The notes beneath the pieces are model-generated. The model saw only the letters and a list, made by a program, of their open reading frames with translations. It was not told the origin of the DNA and made no database searches. A stretch of 63,556 nucleotides of DNA, the filler included, from Octopus bimaculoides (lineage: Eukaryota), in the NCBI RefSeq assembly GCF_001194135.2. It is 8 parts of 8 records of this genome, joined end to end, with 100 filler letters (N's around TTAATTAATTAA, not from the genome) between each part and the next. Parts side by side here need not be neighbours in the genome. Positions count along the whole stretch, not along the records: positions 54,857 to 62,216 come from NC_068991.1; positions 62,317 to 63,556 come from NW_026416193.1; 6 more parts are not named here. The stretch is one strand, 5' to 3'. The translations under genes were made by a program, and so were the position numbers. Below are positions 56,800 through 63,556 of the stretch, piece by piece; within the stretch, counting starts at the first letter, position 1; every line of letters starts with the position of its first letter.

Positions 56800-57330
56800 C
56801 CTGTTGTAATTTAGTTATCCATAGTCCCATGATATTTCGGAATACAATTCCTTCTTCAGATATTCTTAGATGGAGTCGCTGCTTTAATCAGTTTTCCAAC
56901 GGCTTTTCTTTTTTCGGAAGCGTCTCAGCAGTGGTCTCACGAAGCTCCTTCCGGAATTCCTCATGAGAAGTACGTGAAGTCGGCCATGTCTCAATCTCGT
57001 GTGTGTTGGTACATCTGTAGCACTGCTTCTAAGTTATGTATCATACGTACAGCTTCCTTTCTTGCCCCCTTTTTTTCTTCTTCTGTTTTTTTTTGTTATA
57101 AACAATAGATGAGCATATCAAAAATGAACCTACACGCATCCAGATGTATCTAAATAATATATTGATTACCAACTTCCAGCCTGTGGTTAATTTGGTGTCC
57201 TAGGTCTGTGCATGAGTATAGCTTCCTTAATTCTTAAATTACCCAAATTTCTTTCATTGGCCTCAATTGTGACTGTTATGCTTTTGTCGGTGTTCCGTAG
57301 TCGAATGAATCGTCCCCAGTACATTTTCCT
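56800..57330 (-). mobile_element. Penelope-like element 3' relic: GIY-YIG C-terminus followed by a pLTR hammerhead
   Basis: The minus strand at about 57320-57190 gives ANERNLGNLRIKEAILMHRP. The hammerhead at 56825-56865 lies downstream. Confidence 0.6.
56825..56865 (-). ncRNA. Minimal type I hammerhead motif, weak stem I
   Basis: CUGAAGA A GGAAU-UGU-AUUCC GAAA UA UC. Helix III is the palindrome AUAU with an AUC triplet; only 2-3 bp of stem I can form. Confidence 0.5.
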
Positions 57331-57455
57331 TCCTTTTAAGCGTGGTATTTATTCTAGTGCATTCTTTTGCCGAACCGCTAAGTTACAGGGAGTTAGCACA
57401 CCAACACCGGTTGACAAGCGGTGGTACGGCAAAACACATATACACATAGTTTTAT

Positions 57456-57491
<36 letters not shown>

Positions 57492-59259
57492 GACGAGCTT
57501 GTTTCAGTTTTTGTCTACCAAATCCGCCCAAACGCTTTGGTTGACCCAATGATACAGTATAAGACACTCGCTCAAGGAACCACGCAGTGAGACTGAAACC
57601 AGGATCATGTGATTAGGAACCAAACTTCTTACCACAGAGCTACACCTGCACCAATTTAAATAGTAAAAAATATAAAACTAAAATCGATCAAATTGTTCGT
57701 CAGTTACCCCACATCTTAGATACATTAAAGTCAATTATATAATTATGTTCAAATCCCTCCGAAATCAACTTTATTTTTCATCCCTTCAAAGTGTCGTTCA
57801 GAAAAAAAAGTACTAGTAATATACTTGGTGTCGATGTAATCGACTAATCTCTTCCACCATTTTTTATGTGTTTTTTTTTTCCTTTGTGTTTGTTTGAAGC
57901 AATTATCTTTTTATGCTGTGTGTTTCCGTATTTGGACTGTGGCCATGCTGGAACACACCACCTTGGAGGTTTCGGCCTATCAAATAGATCCTAGTACTTT
58001 TTTTTTTAAGTCTGCCACTCTTTCTAGCGGGCTCTTTTACGGAACTGCTTCGTTACTGGGATGTAAACAAACCAACAACGATCGTCAAGTTGAGGCGGGG
58101 GACAAGCACTAAGACATATACATACACATATATACACGATCGGCTTACACGCAGTTTCCGTTTTCCCCCAAATTACCCACAAGACATTGAAAGACCTGGG
58201 GCTATATAGTAAAAGACACTTGTTCAATGTGCCGTACATTAGAACCGAACCTGAAACCACTCGGTTGCAAAGCGAGCGACTTAACCACACAGTTATTCTT
58301 ACGCCTATACGAAACAGCACACAAATTTTGTAGAGCAATTTCCTAACATTAAATATATTAAAAGCACTCATGAGAATAGAATATAGGATAATAAGACAAT
58401 AGAGCTTTTATCTGATGGGCATGGAGACGCGTTTGATGTGGTAGAGAAGGAAGTAGGTTTGAAAAGAGAAAAATTACCGATAATTATTCAAGATTTAACC
58501 TAACATTATGTGATGTACTTAATGTTTAAAGTAGAATTAGTTTTGTTGTACCAGATGTTGCATAGATTAATTATGGTTCCCGAACAGAGACGTGCGATTA
58601 AGGAGTTCGATTCCCATTCGTCTGTTTCCAGGTCTGATCTTAATGCGTGGAAATTTGGAACATGGAGCAAGGGACAAGTGTCGTCTTCCCAATGTAGCTT
58701 TGAGCTGACCAATGGTTAATGAGCGAAAATGTATGGAAGGTTATCGTATATGTGTGTGTGTATGAGAGAGAGAGAGAGAGAGAGAGTGCGCGTGCGCGTA
58801 CGTTGGTGTGTTAATGTTTGTTTCTGTGTTCAGTTTATAATATAAACAATTTTGCATTAATTTCATATAGTGCTCTAGGATTTTGTAGAGTACAAATTCA
58901 TTCTTCTTAAGCAAGAATATTATTGATAGTGACTTCGAAGTTTCGTCCAGTGTTCGGCGGTGTTGATGACGAGGAGAGTTTCATAAGGTTGCATAAGAAA
59001 CGTAATATACTGCAGTTCAGTTGTCATATTTTGTGTAAGTGCATGTATGCATGTATGTACATGTGTGTGTGTGTGTGTGTGTTTCTCTGTATATGTTTGT
59101 ATGTATGTATATCTGTGCGTATACATGCGTACGTTTTTCAGAAGTTGATAACGTGTATAACATTTCTCGAAGCGTTTGATTTAATGGAGAAATAGAGAGG
59201 AAAAACATAGAGAGTGAGTGAGAGACAGAGAGAGAGAGAGAGAGAGAGTTTGTCCGTAT

Positions 59260-59318
<59 letters not shown>

Positions 59319-60167
59319 CGTGCGTGCTAATTGTCAAGTGAATGTATAGATGAAATAAGTTGGTCAAAATGAAGAGACGCAGCATTATCTCGGACGTGAA
59401 CGACGGCAACAAGAAATTGAAAATAAATGATTAAATAACAAAATAGATAAATAAATAAATAAATAAATCAAATGGACAAACAAACAAACAAATAAATGAA
59501 CAAATTTAGCGCATTCATTTACTGTCTTTGACCATCCTCTTTCCACTGAGTTATATAAACTCTATTAAGGAGTTTATATAACTCGGAGAGAAACGTTAGT
59601 AGGATTTCCAAGCCACGGGCTAAGACTTGCAGAGTGAAAGGGACAGAGAATGAGGAGAGACAGAAACAGGGGGTCAGTCTTGTAAGGGTCTCGAAGCCAA
59701 TGAAATGGCATGTTGTAATTGACTTTCTAATCTGATTCCATTTCTCTGTCTCTGACTCCCTCTCAGGCCTCTTCGCTCTTTCGTAACACACTCAAGCAAA
59801 AATATATATGCAGTATTAACATATATATATGCATAGCTATCTTTCTATCTATTGGTCAATCTATGTGTTTATATGTGTGTATACATAGATACAGTTATAT
59901 ATCTACGTATGCATGTAATATATTCTTTTATTCAGTCATTTGACTGCGGCGGCCATGCTGGAGCACCACCTTTAGGCGAACAAGTCGGCCCCAGGACTTA
60001 TTCTTTGTGAGCCTAGTAATTATTCTATCGGTCTCTTTAGCCGAACCGCTAAGTTACAGGGACGTAAACACACCAACATCAGTTGTCAAGTGATGGTGGG
60101 GGGACAAATAGACACAGAGACATATACACACACACATATACATATACATACATACACACACATATAC

Positions 60168-60204
<37 letters not shown>

Positions 60205-60334
60205 ACCGGCTTCTTTCAGTTTCCGTCTACCAAATCCACTCACAAGGCTTTGGTCAGCCCGAGGCTAGAGTAGAAGACACTTGCCTAAGGTGCCACGCAG
60301 TGGGACTGAAGCTAGAACCATGTGGTTAGATCGC

Positions 60335-60530
60335 TGACCAAAACATTCAATTTTTTTTCTCCGTGTTTTTCTCCTTGTTTTCTCCGTATTCTTTCTGTTG
60401 AAGAGCGTAGCTCGAAACGCTAAAGACTTACTCTATTCCTGAGCGTTAAACTAATACATCTTTTTGTTGTTTACACCACCTGTCCTCGTCTGTTGTTGTT
60501 TTTTTCGTACATTCTCCCATATATATATAN
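60335..60530 (+). mobile_element. Short repeat with a variant hammerhead (Penelope pLTR-like)
   Basis: UCUUU CUGUUGA A GAGC-GUA-GCUC GAAA CG CU AAAGA at 60390-60426. The core carries A6U and U16.1C changes. Confidence 0.5.
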
Positions 60531-60956
60531 NNNNNNNNNNNNNNNNATATATATAATATATGATATGTATGTGTGTGTGTGTACATATATATGTATATAT
60601 GTTAAAAGGGGTTGGGCGTCCTGGAGTTATAGCTGCAGGCAGGTTGTTGCTTGTCCTATGAGTCATGCAGTCGATTCAGTCCCGCTGCGTGGCACCTTGG
60701 GCATCGACCCCAGTATGCAACTGGTACTTAATTCATCGACCCCAAAAATATGAAAGGCAAAGTCGTCCTCGGCGGAATTCGAACTCAGAACGTAAAGACA
60801 GACGAAATGCCCGTAAGCATTTCGCCCGGCGTGCTAACGTTTCTGCCAGCTCGCCGCCTTGGAAACCATCATCATCATCATCATCATCATCATTGTCATC
60901 ATCGTCATCATCATCGTCATCATCACCATCATCACCACCAGCACCATCATCATTAC

Positions 60957-60994
<38 letters not shown>

Positions 60995-61086
60995 ACATCA
61001 TCACGTTATTATTATTACTATTACATTACTAATATTATTATTATTGCTGTTATTCCCATTATTATCATCATCATCATCATCAACAA

Positions 61087-61120
<34 letters not shown>

Positions 61121-61141
61121 GTCATTATGATTATTATTATT

Positions 61142-61176
<35 letters not shown>

Positions 61177-61204
61177 TATTATTATTAGTGGGAGAAAGAA
61201 ATGA

Positions 61205-61255
<51 letters not shown>

Positions 61256-61746
61256 CGGCGGAACGGACGAAAAAGTAAAACATAGATGAAAGCAAAAAAG
61301 CGAAGGTACATAAGAAGAGAAAGAGAATGAGAGAGAAACTAGAAAGGTCGATGATATATAAAAAAAAATATTAAAAAAAAAACGAAAAAGGCTACCAAGA
61401 AACAAGAGGAAAATATATTAAAGAAACTCTGCTTTTAGACATTGAAAAACTGCGGGTCTTTTTCTTATATTTATATGTTTGGTTTACAATTTCAACTGTT
61501 GTTGCTGTTCTTGTTGTCGTTTCGTGTTCTTTGTTTTGTCGATACGTTTCAAAACCCCTGGTGTTCCTCTTAAATCCTTCTGCTTCTTCATATTTATTAT
61601 GGTTGTTGTTATTGTTTATTATTTCAGTGCTCTGCATACGCCATATTGTGAACGAAACGGCAAAACGGAAGTGGGTTTTGTCTCCAGCAACACTCCTTCC
61701 CCTCTTTTACTCCACCACTGCACATTATACATATGTATATATATAC

Positions 61747-61785
<39 letters not shown>

Positions 61786-62159
61786 TATATATATACATAC
61801 ACACATATGTGTATGCGTGTGTGTGTGTATGTGTGTATATGTGTGCGTGTGCTCGTGTGTTTATGCGACTGCAACTTTTATGTATAATTTCATCCCTATC
61901 AAAAAGAAGACAAGAACGTATTTTATTTGTGTGCTTGCCTTCTTGTACTTTATTATTTATTTCAAATTGTTTTTCTCATCTTTTCTCAGTCTCCTATTTG
62001 TTTTGTTTTAGTTTTTTGTTTTCTGTTGTTGGTGTTCTTCTTTTTCTTCTTCTTCTTCTTCTTCTTCTTCTTCTTCCTTTCTTTGTTATCTTCAAGTCTC
62101 ATCTTCCTTTAACTTTACTTCCGAATTGAAAAATATTCAAAAATTCCATACGTTTCTCC

Positions 62160-62216
<57 letters not shown>

Positions 62217-62619
62217 NNNNNNNNNNNNNNNNNNNNNNNNNNNNNNNNNNNNNNNNNNNNTTAATTAATTAANNNNNNNNNNNNNNNNNNNNNNNNNNNN
62301 NNNNNNNNNNNNNNNNTCCTTTTCTCGGTAACCTTACTCTATCTTTGGAAATTTTACACTGAAATTGAATTTATTCTGTTGCCACTAAATATTAATTTTC
62401 CTGGAAGTTAAGAGGAATTTAAGTGGACTCCGTTGGAATTTCCGACAATTGTCCCCCACCCCCATTCCAAAAAACTTTCACCGGAAATTTTTGTATATTC
62501 GGATTCTAATAGTTAATACTATATGCGTAGAACATTTCATTAAAAAAAATTCATTTTTCTGAAAGTTATGACCTCTCAAAGTCTGGGGGGTAAAACCCTG
62601 TAGTTATGCCATATATGTA

Positions 62620-62780
62620 TACATGTATGTGTATATATACATGCATATAAATATACATGTATATATACACAAACACACATACATATATATACATATAAAT
62701 ACACAAACACATACATATATATACATATAAATACACAAACACACATACATATATATACATATAAATACACAAATATATGT
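62620..62780. repeat. Minisatellite with a unit of about 30-32 bp (ACATATAAATACACAAACAC[AC]ATACATATATAT)
   Basis: Three to four tandem units are visible. Confidence 0.8.
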
Positions 62781-63556
62781 AATACAAGTATTACAAAATG
62801 AAGAAAAAATATAACTGCTTTCTTACTTTCACGATTTGGATTTCTTCACAAAATGAAAGACAAAAAGAAGACTGCTAAAGAACTTTGAACGAGTACTTTC
62901 TTGGTATCAGTGCTGACCTGATTATATAAATAGAAAAAGAGCAGATAACTGAAACAAACTGATACAACATTTGAGCGTGGTTGTTGCCAGTGCTGCCGGA
63001 CTGACTCCCATGTAGGTAGTATGTAAAAAACACCTTTTGAGAGTGGTCGTTGCCAGAACTGCCTGACTTGCCCTCATGCCAATGGCACGTAAAAGCACCT
63101 ATTAGACTCTTCGAGTGGTTGGCATTAGGAAAGGCAGCTGTAGAAACTTTGCCAGATCAGATTGATAATGATGATGTCTCATGTTTTTCTGGCTTGAATG
63201 ACTATAGTTTTTTTTTCATTCACAAAATATGCATGTTTTAAAAGACAGTAAAAGATCTGAAAATCAGGTGTAATAATAAAGTTTTTCAGTCTAATTGCTA
63301 TGAAGGTATGATGTTTTGGAAAAAAAAAATGGAGGAAAAAGTTACAGAGGTTTAAAAATCAAAAAAATTGGGCATTTTAGACAATAGCGAGACAGATATT
63401 TTGTTTAGAGGAACGGTGTCAACTTTAACACATAAAATGTCACAGGCCACGATCATGGCCATCAGGCATAGGTCGATGGAGTATATGTAATCTGGGTATA
63501 CCCCCTCCCCTTTTAAATTTTGTTTTTTTTTACGGAATCCTATGTTTCAGACCATG

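Noticed and set aside
62320-63556. Sequence with a DNA-transposon-like look near the window end
   Set aside because: No paired TIRs, TSD or coding motif could be identified.

Overview
Repeat-rich animal DNA with many N gaps. The SINE, RTE and Penelope-like repertoire and the long microsatellites suggest an octopod cephalopod (inference). Two host genes are visible, both on the + strand. (1) An eIF1A gene has a TATA+Inr promoter at about 8626-8661 and four clean coding exons (8737-8752, 17615-17698, 22139-22242, 23480-23612; 112 codons). The expected acidic C-terminal exon is not found. (2) One isolated EGF + LDL-receptor class A exon (53045-53335) resembles LRP2/megalin. The rest is mostly mobile-element sequence: RTE, CR1, R4/Dong and Tx1-like LINE fragments, a gypsy pol relic, Tc1/mariner and Tigger/pogo relics, a 4.1 kb 3'-truncated Helitron, two Merlin-like MITEs with 8-bp TSDs, Penelope-like GIY-YIG/pLTR relics and at least three SINE families. 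The main signal missed by the ORF track is a set of type I hammerhead ribozyme motifs from several unrelated repeat families. Three have canonical cores and good stems (34968-35016 +, 37286-37330 -, 50589-50634 +), one has an intact core but weak stem I (56825-56865 -), and two are degenerate. One sits in a B-box/(AAT)n/hammerhead composite resembling a retrozyme. Seven 100-bp N44-TTAATTAATTAA-N44 blocks are assembly linkers, so order and distance across them are unverified. All assignments were made by eye without database searches.
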